NCBI GenBank assembly: GCA_000175855.1
Contig: ACYB01000027.1
Span: 1-32,000, forward strand
Source of the DNA: Raphidiopsis brookii D9
Lineage (GTDB): Bacteria > Cyanobacteriota > Cyanobacteriia > Cyanobacteriales > Nostocaceae
DNA length: 32,000 nt
Direction of reading: 5' to 3'
In this document: piece after piece, positions 20,461-30,893 of the stretch
Layout of the letters: each line of letters starts with the position of its first letter
Position numbering within the stretch: the first letter of the stretch is position 1
Made by a program: the position numbers and the translations under genes
Notes under the pieces: model-generated
Database searches by the model: none
Told to the model about the DNA's origin: nothing
Seen by the model: only the letters and a program-made list of their open reading frames with translations

Positions 20461-21076
20461 AACGACGACGGTATAATAGTTCTAGTTGTCCACCGTATTC
20501 TTGTATTAGGGCTATTTGCCTTTGGTAAAGACCTCGAAAGGAATTGGCAAATAAGAGGGTGAAAATAGCTACAATTAGACCTGTAGCAGTAGAAACTAAC
20601 GCCTCACTAATACCACCGGTAACACCTGCTGTTTGAGTCCCTCCCACATTGCCAATATTTAAAGAAGCAAAGGAATTAATCAGTCCCAACACGGTTCCCA
20701 ATAATCCTAATAGGGGGGCCAGGGCAATAATGGTGTCAAAAACCGTCGTGAATCGTTTCAATAAGGGTATTTCCGCCTGAGCTTCAGTTTCCAAGGCCAA
20801 ACGAAATTCCTCCGGGTTGGGTTCTTCTAGTTCTAAAGCAGTCAAAAAGATCCGAGCTATGGGTAAGTCAGCATTCCTTTGCAGAATGTCAACGATATTA
20901 ACTAAGTTATTCTGACGATATAGATTCAATACGTACTTAACTACTTTTTCTTCTCGCTTGGTAATTTTTGACCAAAACCAAATACGCTCAATAATTAGTC
21001 CTACTGCAATTATGGAAGACAATAGCAGTGGCCACATAACCACGCCACCAGCTATAAATAATTGTTTAATGTCCAT
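20423..21076 (-). CDS. exbB: MotA/TolQ/ExbB proton channel family protein
   Basis: 'FDTIIALAPLLGLLGTVLGLINSFASL...GGISEALVSTATGLIVAIFTLLFANSFRG'. Overlaps exbD. Confidence 0.92.
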   Translation of the reverse strand: MDIKQLFIAGGVVMWPLLLSSIIAVGLIIERIWFWSKITKREEKVVKYVLNLYRQNNLVNIVDILQRNADLPIARIFLTALELEEPNPEEFRLALETEAQAEIPLLKRFTTVFDTIIALAPLLGLLGTVLGLINSFASLNIGNVGGTQTAGVTGGISEALVSTATGLIVAIFTLLFANSFRGLYQRQIALIQEYGGQLELLYRRRYERGDKSYASTR

Positions 21077-21252
21077 ACTGATTCTTCATACCTTCGCTGA
21101 ACACAAAAAATAATTTACCTCGTGCCATTTTCCTATATACCAACCACAAAAAGCAAATATGTCAAGTGTATACTGCATGGTAAAGTCCAGGTTAATTAAT
21201 GGTTATTTTTTGTTTGATATATTAGAAATATAAGTAAGAGATTAGATTACTC

Positions 21253-22074
21253 ATGATCTGGCCGTTTAAACCCAAGTTTCGTAAACAAATCGCTCGCATT
21301 GAAATTACTGGTGCGATCGCCAGTAGCACAAGAAAGCGAGTGTTGGAAGCCATAAAAACCGTAGAAGAGAGAAAATTCCCTGCTCTGTTGCTACGTATTG
21401 ACAGTCCTGGTGGTACGGTAGGGGATTCCCAAGAGATCTATGGTGCCCTCAAGGAATTGGGCAAAAAAACCAAAATCGTCGCCAGTTTTGGCAACATATC
21501 CGCTTCGGGTGGTGTCTATATAGGCATGGGGGCGAAGCATATTATGGCCAATCCAGGTACAATTACAGGTAGTATAGGTGTAATCCTACGGGGAAACAAT
21601 CTAGAACGCTTGTTGGAAAAAGTTGGTGTGTCTTTTAAAGTAATTAAGTCTGGTCCATACAAAGACATTTTATCCTTTGACAGAGAACTGACCCAACCAG
21701 AGGAAAATATCCTGCAAGAACTGATTGATGTCAGTTATCAGCAATTTATTCAAACAGTAGCTCAGGCGCGCGCCTTACCTATAGAAACTGTCAAAACATT
21801 CGCTGACGGACGTATTTTTACAGGAGAGCAGGCCTTAAACTTGGGAGTTGTAGACCGTTTGGGAACGGAGGAAGATGCTCGACGTTGGACCGCTGAATTG
21901 GTGGGACTTGATCCCCAAAAAACTCCCTGCTATACCTTAGAAGAGCGGAAACCATTATTAAGTCGAGTTCTACCAGGTAGTCGCTATCCCAAATCAAGTA
22001 TTAGATCTGGAATTGATTGGCTGGAGTTTGAAATGTCTACAAGTGGGTTACCACTGTGGTTATATAGACCCTAG
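21253..22074 (+). CDS. sppA: Signal peptide peptidase SppA (short form)
   Basis: 'LLLRIDSPGGTVGDSQEIY', 'ASFGNISASGGVYIGMGAKHIMANPGTITGSIGVI', 'DVSYQQFIQTVAQAR', 'GRIFTGEQALNLGVVDRLG'. Confidence 0.95.
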   Translation: MIWPFKPKFRKQIARIEITGAIASSTRKRVLEAIKTVEERKFPALLLRIDSPGGTVGDSQEIYGALKELGKKTKIVASFGNISASGGVYIGMGAKHIMANPGTITGSIGVILRGNNLERLLEKVGVSFKVIKSGPYKDILSFDRELTQPEENILQELIDVSYQQFIQTVAQARALPIETVKTFADGRIFTGEQALNLGVVDRLGTEEDARRWTAELVGLDPQKTPCYTLEERKPLLSRVLPGSRYPKSSIRSGIDWLEFEMSTSGLPLWLYRP

Positions 22075-22167
22075 AAGGTTATGTCATTCGTCAATGGTCA
22101 GTCGTAAAAATTGGCAACTGACGACTGACCGCTGATAGTAATAACTGACAACTAGAAAAGGAGGAAC

Positions 22168-22554
22168 TTGGAAGTGGAATGGCAAATGCGGGCAATTCGT
22201 GGCGCGACAACTGTTGCGGAAAATAGCGTAGTGGCAATTACGGAAGCAGTGACGGAATTACTTAATGAATTGGAAGACCGCAATCAACTGCGACCTACGG
22301 AAATTTTGAGTGTCACCTTCTCTGTTACCCGTGACTTAGATGCTATCTTTCCAGCAGCGATCGCCCGCAGTCGTCCTTTATGGGATAGCGTGGCCATGCT
22401 AGATGTTCAACAAATGTATGTGGAAGGAAGTTTGCAGCGCTGTATAAGGTTTTTAATTCATGCCTATTTACCCACTTCTTCTCCCATACACCACGTGTAT
22501 TTACGTCAAGCAGCTAAATTACGTCCCGATTGGGGATTTGTGGGAGTTCAATAA
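22168..22554 (+). CDS. aroH: Chorismate mutase, AroH type
   Basis: 'MRAIRGATTVAENSVVAITEAVTELLNELEDRNQL', 'VTRDLDAIFPAAIAR', 'CIRFLIHAY'. The true start may be ATG 22189. Confidence 0.93.
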   Translation: MEVEWQMRAIRGATTVAENSVVAITEAVTELLNELEDRNQLRPTEILSVTFSVTRDLDAIFPAAIARSRPLWDSVAMLDVQQMYVEGSLQRCIRFLIHAYLPTSSPIHHVYLRQAAKLRPDWGFVGVQ

Positions 22555-22928
22555 TTTAGCAAGTTGGCAGGTATTAACGTTATGGAGCTGCAACTACTAC
22601 TAAACAATTTAAAACTAGTCGTGAATCATTCTTTATCTTGCCTTTTGGTGAGTACTTATGCTTAAAAAATGCTGGTTTTTAGAGTAACAATGGAGGAAAA
22701 AATAATAAATTCTGAAATCTATATAAATTAATGCTTTCACCTACCCACTTTCGACTACAAGACCTTAGAATAATTCATTGAAAAGTCGAGCTGATCTGAT
22801 GTACAGGGGTTGGGAGTGTAAATACTCTTAACGAACGATTTTTGTAATTCTACCGACAGAGATTTCCGTAAAGATGCGACAGGATTTCATCTTGCAGTAA
22901 ATTTCAAGTAAACCTCAAGGAGTTTGAT

Positions 22929-23213
22929 ATGAACAAGGCTGAATTAGTAGATGCAGTGTCCGAAAAAGCTAGCGTGACCAAAAAACAAGCGGATGCTGTA
23001 ATCAGTGCTGCCATTGACACTATTATTGAAGCGGTTGCTTCAGGTGATAAAGTTACTTTGGTTGGTTTTGGTTCTTTTGAATCACGGGACCGTAAAGCTC
23101 GTGAAGGTCGTAACCCTAAAACTAATGAAAAAATGGAAATCCCAGCCACGAAGGTTCCTGCTTTCTCTGCTGGGAAACTATTTAGAGAAAAGGTAGCACC
23201 CCCAAAAGAGTAG
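22929..23213 (+). CDS. hup: HU family DNA-binding protein
   Basis: 'MNKAELVDAVSEKASVTKKQADAVISAAIDTI...GDKVTLVGFGSFESRDRKAREGRNPKTNEKMEIPATKVPAFSAGK'. Confidence 0.96.
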   Translation: MNKAELVDAVSEKASVTKKQADAVISAAIDTIIEAVASGDKVTLVGFGSFESRDRKAREGRNPKTNEKMEIPATKVPAFSAGKLFREKVAPPKE

Positions 23214-23236
23214 TTTTAGTTCTAGGAAGCGCAGTT

Positions 23237-24316
23237 TTGATGGGACACAAAGCACATGGGGGAAATCTAGCTTGGGCGGCGGCATTAGCTGGCTGTTCCC
23301 CGGAGGCTATTGTGGACTTTTCCGCTAGTATTAGCCCCTTGGGACCGCCTAAAACCGTAATTGATGCGATCGCCTCCCAATTGGCTAGTCTAAAACATTA
23401 TCCCGACCCGGATTACACGGAACTAAAACTGGCTCTGGGTCGTTTCCATGAACTACCACCGGACTGGATTTTACCCGGTAATGGTTCGGCTGAATTGCTA
23501 ACCCTAGTGGGTAGGGAACTAGCACAACTAAGAGGAACTATATTAGTAACTCCGGCTTTTGGCGATTATTACCGCACTCTGGCGGCCTATAATGCTAAAG
23601 TGTTGGAGTTTCCTATGGATTTAAGTTGGGAGAGGGGGTTACCCCCCCTTTTATCTTCTGTTTCTGGATCGGGGGAATATGGATTGTTGCTGAATAATCC
23701 CCACAATCCAACGGGTAAGTTATTTTTACGGGAGGAGATTTTACCCTACTTACAGGATTTTGCTCTGGTGTTGGTAGATGAAGCGTTTATGGATTTTCTC
23801 ACCCCCGCACAAGAGCAAAGTTTGATAGGGTTAGTTCGGGAATATAGGAATTTGGTCATATTGCGATCGCTGACTAAGTTCTACAGTTTGCCAGGTCTGA
23901 GATTAGGCTATGCTATAGCTACACCTGACCTGGTACAAAAATGGCAGTCTTGGCGAGATCCCTGGCCCGTAAACAATTTAGCCGTATGTGCTGCTATAGC
24001 TGCACTTCAAGATCAGGAATTTCAACACCAAACCTGGACCTGGTTACCTCAAGCCAGGAATCAACTTGTACAAGGTTTATCTGGTTTACCTGCTCTTAGA
24101 CCTTTGCCGGGTGCTGTCAACTATTTATTGGTAGAGTCCCAAATTTCCACTTCTTGGTTACAAGAACAGCTACTAGTAAAACACCAAATCCTCATTCGTG
24201 ACTGTTTGAGTTTTAAGGAACTAGGCGATCGCTATTTTCGTGTTGCTGTGCGCTCCATACCAGATAATCAACGTTTAATTACTGCTCTGGAATCCATAAT
24301 GCAAAATCATCTATGA
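23237..24316 (+). CDS. cobD: PLP-dependent aminotransferase, threonine-phosphate decarboxylase / histidinol-phosphate aminotransferase-like
   Basis: 'HGGNLAWAA...IVDFSASISPLGPP', 'YPDPDY', 'NNPHNPTG', 'VLVDEAFMDF', 'RSLTKFYSLPGLRLGYA'. The N-terminus is CobD-like. Confidence 0.8.
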   Translation: MMGHKAHGGNLAWAAALAGCSPEAIVDFSASISPLGPPKTVIDAIASQLASLKHYPDPDYTELKLALGRFHELPPDWILPGNGSAELLTLVGRELAQLRGTILVTPAFGDYYRTLAAYNAKVLEFPMDLSWERGLPPLLSSVSGSGEYGLLLNNPHNPTGKLFLREEILPYLQDFALVLVDEAFMDFLTPAQEQSLIGLVREYRNLVILRSLTKFYSLPGLRLGYAIATPDLVQKWQSWRDPWPVNNLAVCAAIAALQDQEFQHQTWTWLPQARNQLVQGLSGLPALRPLPGAVNYLLVESQISTSWLQEQLLVKHQILIRDCLSFKELGDRYFRVAVRSIPDNQRLITALESIMQNHL

Positions 24317-25791
24317 AACTGGACTATGATATAATAATCATTGGTGATAGTATTGCGGGATATGAAGCTGCTTTATATGCAGCTCAACTACATGCCAAAG
24401 TAGCTTTAGTAAAGTCCCAACCCACTTACCAACTAAACTATGTTTACCCATTGAGGGAACTGAGCAGAATCTCTTATCAGTACTTAGAAATGATGGGTTT
24501 AGGCATTTGTGCCAATCAATCTCCTAGTACGGAAGTAATAAAGCAGCTGCAACAGTCAGAAAGATGTTTAATTTCTTCTTACCAGCGGGCAATATTTTAT
24601 GCCCAAGGTATGGAGTCCCAATTTAACTTAATAAATTCCCTGGATAATTTAGCTACTCAAGGAGTAGATATAATTATTGGTAGGGGGGAGTTTGCCAATT
24701 CTAGAAAACCCAGTTTTAGAGTTCAAGGTCGAACTTTAAGGGGGAGTAGATACTTACTGGCCTGTGGTTCGGTGACTAAAATTCCCGACATAGAAAATCT
24801 TGCCACCACTGGTTATGTTACCCTAACCAATATTTGGCAATACCTAGTAAGCGCCAATCTACCTAAACGCTGGGTAATTCTTGGTGGTTTACCCCAAAGT
24901 ATAGAAATCGCTCAAACCCTAGTTCATTTAGGTTGCCATATAGATTTAGTCCTCAACCATCCCACGGTTTTATCGTATTTAGAGCCAGAAATAGTTGAAT
25001 TACTCATGGCCCAACTAGAAGCTGAAGGGGTAAGTATTTTCCGAGAACAAACGGTCACCCAAACAAGAAAAATTAAAGGTCAAAAATGGGTACAACTAAA
25101 AGACCAAGCCATAGAAACTGACGAAATTTTAATAGCTGATCACCAACAACCAAAAATAGACAACCTGAACTTAGCCAGTCCGAGAATTAAATCCTCAAGC
25201 GATCGCCTGATCACCAACGACAAACTACAAACCACCAATCCCAAAATTTATGCCTGTGGAGATATTATAGGTGGTTATGATATGGAGAACATTGCCAAAT
25301 ACGAGGCAAAAATAGCTGTGAAAAACGCCCTATTTTTTCCTAGACATCGGGTAAACTACAGTGCCATTCCCTGGATAATATCTACCCAACCTATGGTAGC
25401 TCAGGTAGGAATCACCGAATTACAGGCCAAAAAAACATATAATAAAAATCGAGTTCTAGTTTTTAAAAACTACTTTAAGACCACAACAGCAGGTCAAGTT
25501 AAAAATGAGACCACAGGTATTTGCAAACTAATTGTTTTAGAAAACGGCAAAATTTTAGGGTGTAGTATATTTGGTCAACAAGCAGAAGAAATAATCAACC
25601 TTATTGCCCTAGCAATAGCTCAAAACTTGAAAATTGACAACTTAGAAAATTTAGCTGTGGTCTACCCTAGCTGCTCAGAAATTCTCACCCAAACCGCTAG
25701 GGAATGGAGCACCCACAAACTACACAAAAACCACCTGTTACAAGAGTTCCTGCAGAGTTTTTTACATTTTCGCCGGGAATGGAAGTTTTAA
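24313..25791 (+). CDS. FAD-dependent pyridine nucleotide-disulfide oxidoreductase family protein, lacking the usual CxxxxC motif
   Basis: 'DIIIIGDSIAGYEAALYAAQ', 'RWVILGGLPQSIEIAQTLVHLG', 'IYACGDIIGG', and a C-terminal dimerisation-like domain. Overlaps the upstream CDS by 4 nt. Confidence 0.85.
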   Translation: MKLDYDIIIIGDSIAGYEAALYAAQLHAKVALVKSQPTYQLNYVYPLRELSRISYQYLEMMGLGICANQSPSTEVIKQLQQSERCLISSYQRAIFYAQGMESQFNLINSLDNLATQGVDIIIGRGEFANSRKPSFRVQGRTLRGSRYLLACGSVTKIPDIENLATTGYVTLTNIWQYLVSANLPKRWVILGGLPQSIEIAQTLVHLGCHIDLVLNHPTVLSYLEPEIVELLMAQLEAEGVSIFREQTVTQTRKIKGQKWVQLKDQAIETDEILIADHQQPKIDNLNLASPRIKSSSDRLITNDKLQTTNPKIYACGDIIGGYDMENIAKYEAKIAVKNALFFPRHRVNYSAIPWIISTQPMVAQVGITELQAKKTYNKNRVLVFKNYFKTTTAGQVKNETTGICKLIVLENGKILGCSIFGQQAEEIINLIALAIAQNLKIDNLENLAVVYPSCSEILTQTAREWSTHKLHKNHLLQEFLQSFLHFRREWKF

Positions 25792-25827
25792 CATCCATCC
25801 CAGCAAAAGGAAAAATATCGCCAATAT

Positions 25828-27000
25828 CTAACGAATATACTCCTTGAGAACACTGTTCCGATTGGGATGACGCAGTTTCCGCAGGGCCTTAGCCTCGATT
25901 TGTCGAATCCTTTCCCGGGTAACATTAAAAATCTGACCGATTTCCTCCAGGGTTTTCATCCGACCATCATCCAAACCATAGCGCAGTCTCAAAACATCCC
26001 TTTCTCGGGGACCCAAACTATCTAAAACTCTTTCTAGGTCTTCCCTAAGAAGACTTTTAGAAACCTGATCCTCAGGTGTTTCACCATCAGATTCAATAAA
26101 ATCTCCTAAACGGGAATCCTCCTCCTTACCAATAGGTGTTTCCAAAGAAATAGGCAATTGAGCTGATTTGGCAATAAACCTCAGTTTTTCAATGGTCATT
26201 TCCATGCGGGTCGCAATTTCTTCCTCCGTGGGTTTGCGTCCCATTTCTTGAGATAAAAGTTTGGTAGTTTTCTTAATCCGTGATATAGTCTCGTAAAGGT
26301 GAACGGGTAAACGAATAGTTCGAGACTGATCAGCTATTGCCCTTGTAATTGCTTGACGGATCCACCAAGTCGCATAAGTAGAAAACTTATAGCCCTTTTC
26401 ATGGTCAAATTTTTCGGCGGCCCGGATCAGACCTAGACTTCCCTCCTGAATTAAGTCCTGGAATGACAAACCCCTATTCATATATTTTTTGGCAATGGAA
26501 ACCACCAACCGTAGGTTGGATTGTACCATTTTATCCTTCGCCCTGCGCCCGACGTGAAGACGATAGCGGAAGGTTGGTAATGGCAATTTTACGGCCTCGG
26601 CCCATTCTCTAAATTCCGGTTCCCTTTCTAGCTGTTCGTATAAATCATCCCTAACTCTTTCTAGCTCCAGCAAATCAGCTATTTTTCGTGCCAACTCAAT
26701 TTCTTCATCTGCCCGTAGTAGTCTGATTCGACCAATCTCTTGCAGGTAAAGACGAATTGAGTCCTCAGTAAATGGCTTCTTCTTAGTCTGTGTGCGACGA
26801 CGCGATTTAGCGGCTTTTCCAGACTTTGCGTCGTCCTCATCAGTCTGAGGCTCTAAAAAATCATCAATATCCCCGTCATCAACTAGCAGTAAGTCCTCTT
26901 CCTCCTCGATTAATAAGAGTTCTTCTTCTATCTCGGGCGGATTTATCATTTCTAGCTCAGGCTGATAAATGCTATCGAGTACGTTGTTAGCCTGGTTCAT
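25828..27000 (-). CDS. rpoD: Group 1 RNA polymerase sigma factor
   Basis: '[26 protein letters not shown]', '[61 protein letters not shown]', '[30 protein letters not shown]'. Confidence 0.96.
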   Translation of the reverse strand: MNQANNVLDSIYQPELEMINPPEIEEELLLIEEEEDLLLVDDGDIDDFLEPQTDEDDAKSGKAAKSRRRTQTKKKPFTEDSIRLYLQEIGRIRLLRADEEIELARKIADLLELERVRDDLYEQLEREPEFREWAEAVKLPLPTFRYRLHVGRRAKDKMVQSNLRLVVSIAKKYMNRGLSFQDLIQEGSLGLIRAAEKFDHEKGYKFSTYATWWIRQAITRAIADQSRTIRLPVHLYETISRIKKTTKLLSQEMGRKPTEEEIATRMEMTIEKLRFIAKSAQLPISLETPIGKEEDSRLGDFIESDGETPEDQVSKSLLREDLERVLDSLGPRERDVLRLRYGLDDGRMKTLEEIGQIFNVTRERIRQIEAKALRKLRHPNRNSVLKEYIR

Positions 27001-27381
27001 GCCGCGTTCCTCATGCTCCTTGCAGAATCAATATTATGGAGTTAATTTTGTTGACTTTATTTTGCCCTTTGTGAAGGCATTATTTTAACTCTTGACGGAT
27101 CCACTGATGTTTTACCGAAGATAGTTCAGTACACAATTCCCAGTTTACCCCGTCCCCACCTCATAAATATAACTGGTGACAGATTTATTTTGTCAACTGT
27201 TTTCTAATTGTAACCTCTTTCACAGAAATTGCACTCTTTTTGTGTATTAACCATGAACTCATTTCCTCATGGAAGGCCACCTTTATCAAAAAGACATTAA
27301 AAATGTATTCACACCATTAATTCTTATTGAAAGCTTTTTGGTTTATCATTAGTCTGTTTGTTGCTATCTTCCCCTGGAGGA

Positions 27382-29778
27382 CTAGATATCTAAATCTGTT
27401 AGATTGAGCTTAGAACCATAAGTTTCAATAAACTCCCTCCTAGGAGCAACCCGATCACCCATTAGTATGGTGAATATTCTGTCAGCTTCTGCTGCATCCT
27501 CTATTTCCACCTGTTTCAGGGTTCTGGTTTCAGGGTTCATAGTAGTAGTCCACAGTTGTTCTGGCATCATTTCGCCCAAGCCCTTAAATCGCTGAATTGT
27601 GTAATTAGCGTTTCCAGGTAAGGTACTAATGTGTTGTTGTAGTTCTCGATCACTGTAACAGTAATTATAGTTCTTCCCTCTCTCTACTTTGTACAGTGGT
27701 GGACAGGCAATGTAGATAAATCCCTGTTCAATTAGTGATCTTTGGTATCTATAGAAAAATGTCAGCAGCAAGGTACGAATATGGGCCCCATCCACATCCG
27801 CATCTGTCATGATCACCACCCGATGATACCGCAATTGTGAAGCGTCAAACTCTTCACCTTTCACCCCTAAACCTAAAGCCGTAATTAATGATTGTACCTC
27901 ATTATTTTTATAAATTTTCGCATCATCGGTTTTTTCTATATTTAAAATTTTACCCCGTAGAGGCAAAATTGCCTGAGTCCGGCGATCGCGTCCTTGCTTG
28001 GCACTATTATGGACAAAAACTCCTGCTGCTAAAGCAAAGTTATGGGTATGGGGAACTTCTAAATCATAAACATCAAATTTCTCTGGTAAACTTTCCACAC
28101 TTACCACCCGGTGGTTATAGGTGGTGACAGCACTCCGTATTACAGTGGGTATAGACTGGTCATAATAGGGCATTAAGGAATCCTGTGGAGTGAGCAAACC
28201 AGCAGCTTGGTAATTTCCATCCCGCAACATAAATAAATGGTCAGGAGTGCAAATCAAAACCTGGTCATTATCCAAAGTTACCCTAACTACCTCAGCGTTG
28301 GTTTTGGTCCTGCGGACATGAAGAATTTTTTCTATTCCCACCTCACCATTTTCCCGTATGGTATAACAATAGTTTTCTTTACCTGCTGCTTGTTCAGCTA
28401 TCAAATCTGTAAAAGTAAGATTACGCCCATCCTTTAGAGAAACTAAAGTATTGCCCACAAAACAACCACCCGCACTGTCTCCTTCCACAATAAATATTTC
28501 CGACTCAGCAGGATCGCGGGAACTGCAGTCAGCTAATTTACCAGGTAAAGGGGAAGACTCCAAAACGGATTTTCTGCGAACCAGCTCCCGTGCGTGTCTA
28601 GCTGCTTCTGCAGCTTTAAAAGCCTGGATAGCCTTATCCAAAATAGAATCCGCAATACCAGGGTGAAATTCTAAATATTCCGTCAGCACTTCTCCCACCA
28701 GAGAATCCACAATGCCACGTACTTCCGTATTACCCAACTTAGTTTTGGTTTGTCCCTCAAACTCCGGATCGGGAACCTTCACGGAAATAACTGCAGTTAA
28801 ACCTTCCCTCACATGTTCACCGCTGAGATTGGATTCATTCTCCTTAATTTTATTACGTTTGCGGGCGATAGAATTCAAAGTTCTTGTCAGAACAGTCTTC
28901 AGACCTTCTAAATGAGTACCACCATCAATAGTGCGAATATTGTTAGCAAAACCTAAAACATTATCAGTATAAGCATCTGTACACCATTGTAAAGCCACCT
29001 CTACTTGAACATTATTGCGCTCACCTTGGACGTAGATAATTTCCTCATGTAAAGCCTGCTTATCTCGATTTATGTAGGACACATACTCCTTAATTCCCCC
29101 CTTATATTCATAAGTTTCTACCTTAGGGGTATCGGTTTTGAGGAGTTCCAAACGATGATCGGTAAAACTAATTTTCACCCCCGCATTGAGATAAGCCAAT
29201 TCTCGGAGACGACCGGCCAGGGTAATATAATCAAATTCAGTGCCAGTGGTAAAAATTTGGGCATCTGGTTTAAACTTTACGGATGTGCCAGTACGGGACT
29301 GTTGGTCTGGTTCTACTTGCAATTCAGTTGTGGGTGCACCTCGTTCATAACGTTGAGTATGAACCTTATGCTCTCGCCACACCGTAATATCCACTACTTC
29401 CGATAAAGCATTAACTACGGACACACCCACACCGTGTAAACCCCCAGAAACCTTGTAACCACCGCCTCCAAATTTACCACCAGCATGGAGTACAGTTAAC
29501 ACAGTTTCCAGAGCGGACTTACCAGTTTTAGGGTGAATGTCAGTGGGAATACCTCGACCATCATCGGTAACCGTACAGGAACCATCAGCATTGAGTTCTA
29601 CATCTACATGGGTACAGTAACCCGCCAAAGCCTCATCAACAGAGTTATCAACTACCTCATAAACTAGATGGTGCAGTCCTCGCGGTCCGGTAGAGCCAAT
29701 ATACATACCCGGTCGTTTGCGGACGGCTTCCAGACCTTCCAGAACTTGAATCTGATCGGCACTGTAACTGCTCGTCAT
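27382..29778 (-). CDS. gyrB: DNA gyrase subunit B precursor containing an in-frame intein (798 aa; 645 aa after splicing)
   Basis: '[36 protein letters not shown]', '[11 protein letters not shown]', '[22 protein letters not shown]', '[18 protein letters not shown]'. Confidence 0.97.
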   Translation of the reverse strand: MTSSYSADQIQVLEGLEAVRKRPGMYIGSTGPRGLHHLVYEVVDNSVDEALAGYCTHVDVELNADGSCTVTDDGRGIPTDIHPKTGKSALETVLTVLHAGGKFGGGGYKVSGGLHGVGVSVVNALSEVVDITVWREHKVHTQRYERGAPTTELQVEPDQQSRTGTSVKFKPDAQIFTTGTEFDYITLAGRLRELAYLNAGVKISFTDHRLELLKTDTPKVETYEYKGGIKEYVSYINRDKQALHEEIIYVQGERNNVQVEVALQWCTDAYTDNVLGFANNIRTIDGGTHLEGLKTVLTRTLNSIARKRNKIKENESNLSGEHVREGLTAVISVKVPDPEFEGQTKTKLGNTEVRGIVDSLVGEVLTEYLEFHPGIADSILDKAIQAFKAAEAARHARELVRRKSVLESSPLPGKLADCSSRDPAESEIFIVEGDSAGGCFVGNTLVSLKDGRNLTFTDLIAEQAAGKENYCYTIRENGEVGIEKILHVRRTKTNAEVVRVTLDNDQVLICTPDHLFMLRDGNYQAAGLLTPQDSLMPYYDQSIPTVIRSAVTTYNHRVVSVESLPEKFDVYDLEVPHTHNFALAAGVFVHNSAKQGRDRRTQAILPLRGKILNIEKTDDAKIYKNNEVQSLITALGLGVKGEEFDASQLRYHRVVIMTDADVDGAHIRTLLLTFFYRYQRSLIEQGFIYIACPPLYKVERGKNYNYCYSDRELQQHISTLPGNANYTIQRFKGLGEMMPEQLWTTTMNPETRTLKQVEIEDAAEADRIFTILMGDRVAPRREFIETYGSKLNLTDLDI
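28006..28464 (-). other. GyrB mini-intein, 153 aa, no homing endonuclease domain
   Basis: Starts [13 protein letters not shown]; block-B-like '[13 protein letters not shown]'; block-F-like '[14 protein letters not shown]'; ends AAGVFVHN before +1 Ser. Sits between EGDSAGG and SAKQGRD. Boundaries are in frame with start 29778 (459 nt). Confidence 0.95.
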
Positions 29779-29934
29779 GAAAATTCTCCTGATTTAAAGG
29801 GCGTTAATTCGCTAAAAACATAAAAAAGTAAAATCACCCCAGAATTATAGCATTAAAGCCTTGGTGTCGTGTTTAGCACCATTTAGTGATAAACTGATAT
29901 GAGAGGGGGGGATGAGGTAAATGGGTAAATCAAG

Positions 29935-30852
29935 ATGGATCAATCAATTAGGTTAAATAGGGCTGTTAAGCTCATAGTGATTTGTGGTGCAACAGCAACG
30001 GGGAAATCCGGACTGGGGGTGAGTTTAGCACAAAGACTTGGTTGTGTCATTCTAGGTGCTGATTCCCGTCAGGTGTACCGCGAATTTAATATTGGAACAG
30101 CCAAGCCAACGGAGGAAGAACGGGGATTAGTACCCCATTATCTCATAGATATATGTGAACCAACGGAAACCTTGACAGTAGCAGATTATCAAGAACAAGC
30201 CCAACGGTTAATTGATAATTTGCCAGTTTCACCAATATTTTTAGTTGGTGGTACAGGTTTATATATTCGGGCTATTGTCCAGGGCATGAAAATTCCCAGG
30301 GTATCTCCACATCCCCAATTGCGCTCCCAACTAGAATCCTTGGGTCAACATCAACTTTATCAGATATTGCAACAGGTTGATGCAGTTGCTGCCAGAAAAA
30401 TTCACTCCCATGATTTGGTTAGGACTTTAAGGGCGTTAGAGGTGTATTATGTCACAGGTTCTCCCATATCTGAACAGCAGGGAGAGAGACCACCGACCTA
30501 CCCAATTTTACAACTTTATTTGGATTGTGAACCAGATGTTTTGGATTTGAGAATTTATGGGAGGACAAAGGAAATGATTAAAGATGGTTTAGTAGAGGAG
30601 GTAGAGTATCTATGTCAAAGATATGGTGTGAATTTACCGCTGTTGAATACCTTGGGGTATGCAGAAATTAAGCAATATTTAGCTGGGGAGATTAGTTTAG
30701 AAGCGGCAATAGATTTAATTGCTTTACACACCAGGCAATTTGCTAAGCGTCAACGAACTTGGTTTAGACAGTCTTCCAATTTAGAATATTTTGATGTTAA
30801 TAGTCCGGACTTATTAAATAGGCTTTGCAAGAGAATAGATCAGTTTATTTAA
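29935..30852 (+). CDS. miaA: tRNA dimethylallyltransferase
   Basis: 'VICGATATGKSGLGVSLAQRLGCVILGADSRQVYREFNIGTAKPT', 'PHYLIDI', 'LVGGTGLYIRAIVQG', 'TRQFAKRQRTWFR'. Confidence 0.95.
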   Translation: MDQSIRLNRAVKLIVICGATATGKSGLGVSLAQRLGCVILGADSRQVYREFNIGTAKPTEEERGLVPHYLIDICEPTETLTVADYQEQAQRLIDNLPVSPIFLVGGTGLYIRAIVQGMKIPRVSPHPQLRSQLESLGQHQLYQILQQVDAVAARKIHSHDLVRTLRALEVYYVTGSPISEQQGERPPTYPILQLYLDCEPDVLDLRIYGRTKEMIKDGLVEEVEYLCQRYGVNLPLLNTLGYAEIKQYLAGEISLEAAIDLIALHTRQFAKRQRTWFRQSSNLEYFDVNSPDLLNRLCKRIDQFI

Positions 30853-30893
30853 TAAGATGATTGTTGACTGTTGATTAGTCTTTTCTCCTTCTC

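Noticed and set aside
22083-22156. CTGAC-rich short repeats between sppA and aroH
   Set aside because: Resembles common degenerate cyanobacterial intergenic repeats; too short and imperfect to call as an element.
27888-29406. Plus-strand ORFs opposite gyrB (27888..28127, 28237..28437, 28451..28666, 28712..28915, 29155..29406)
   Set aside because: All antisense to strongly conserved gyrB/intein coding sequence; no start context or family similarity. They are not intein endonucleases.
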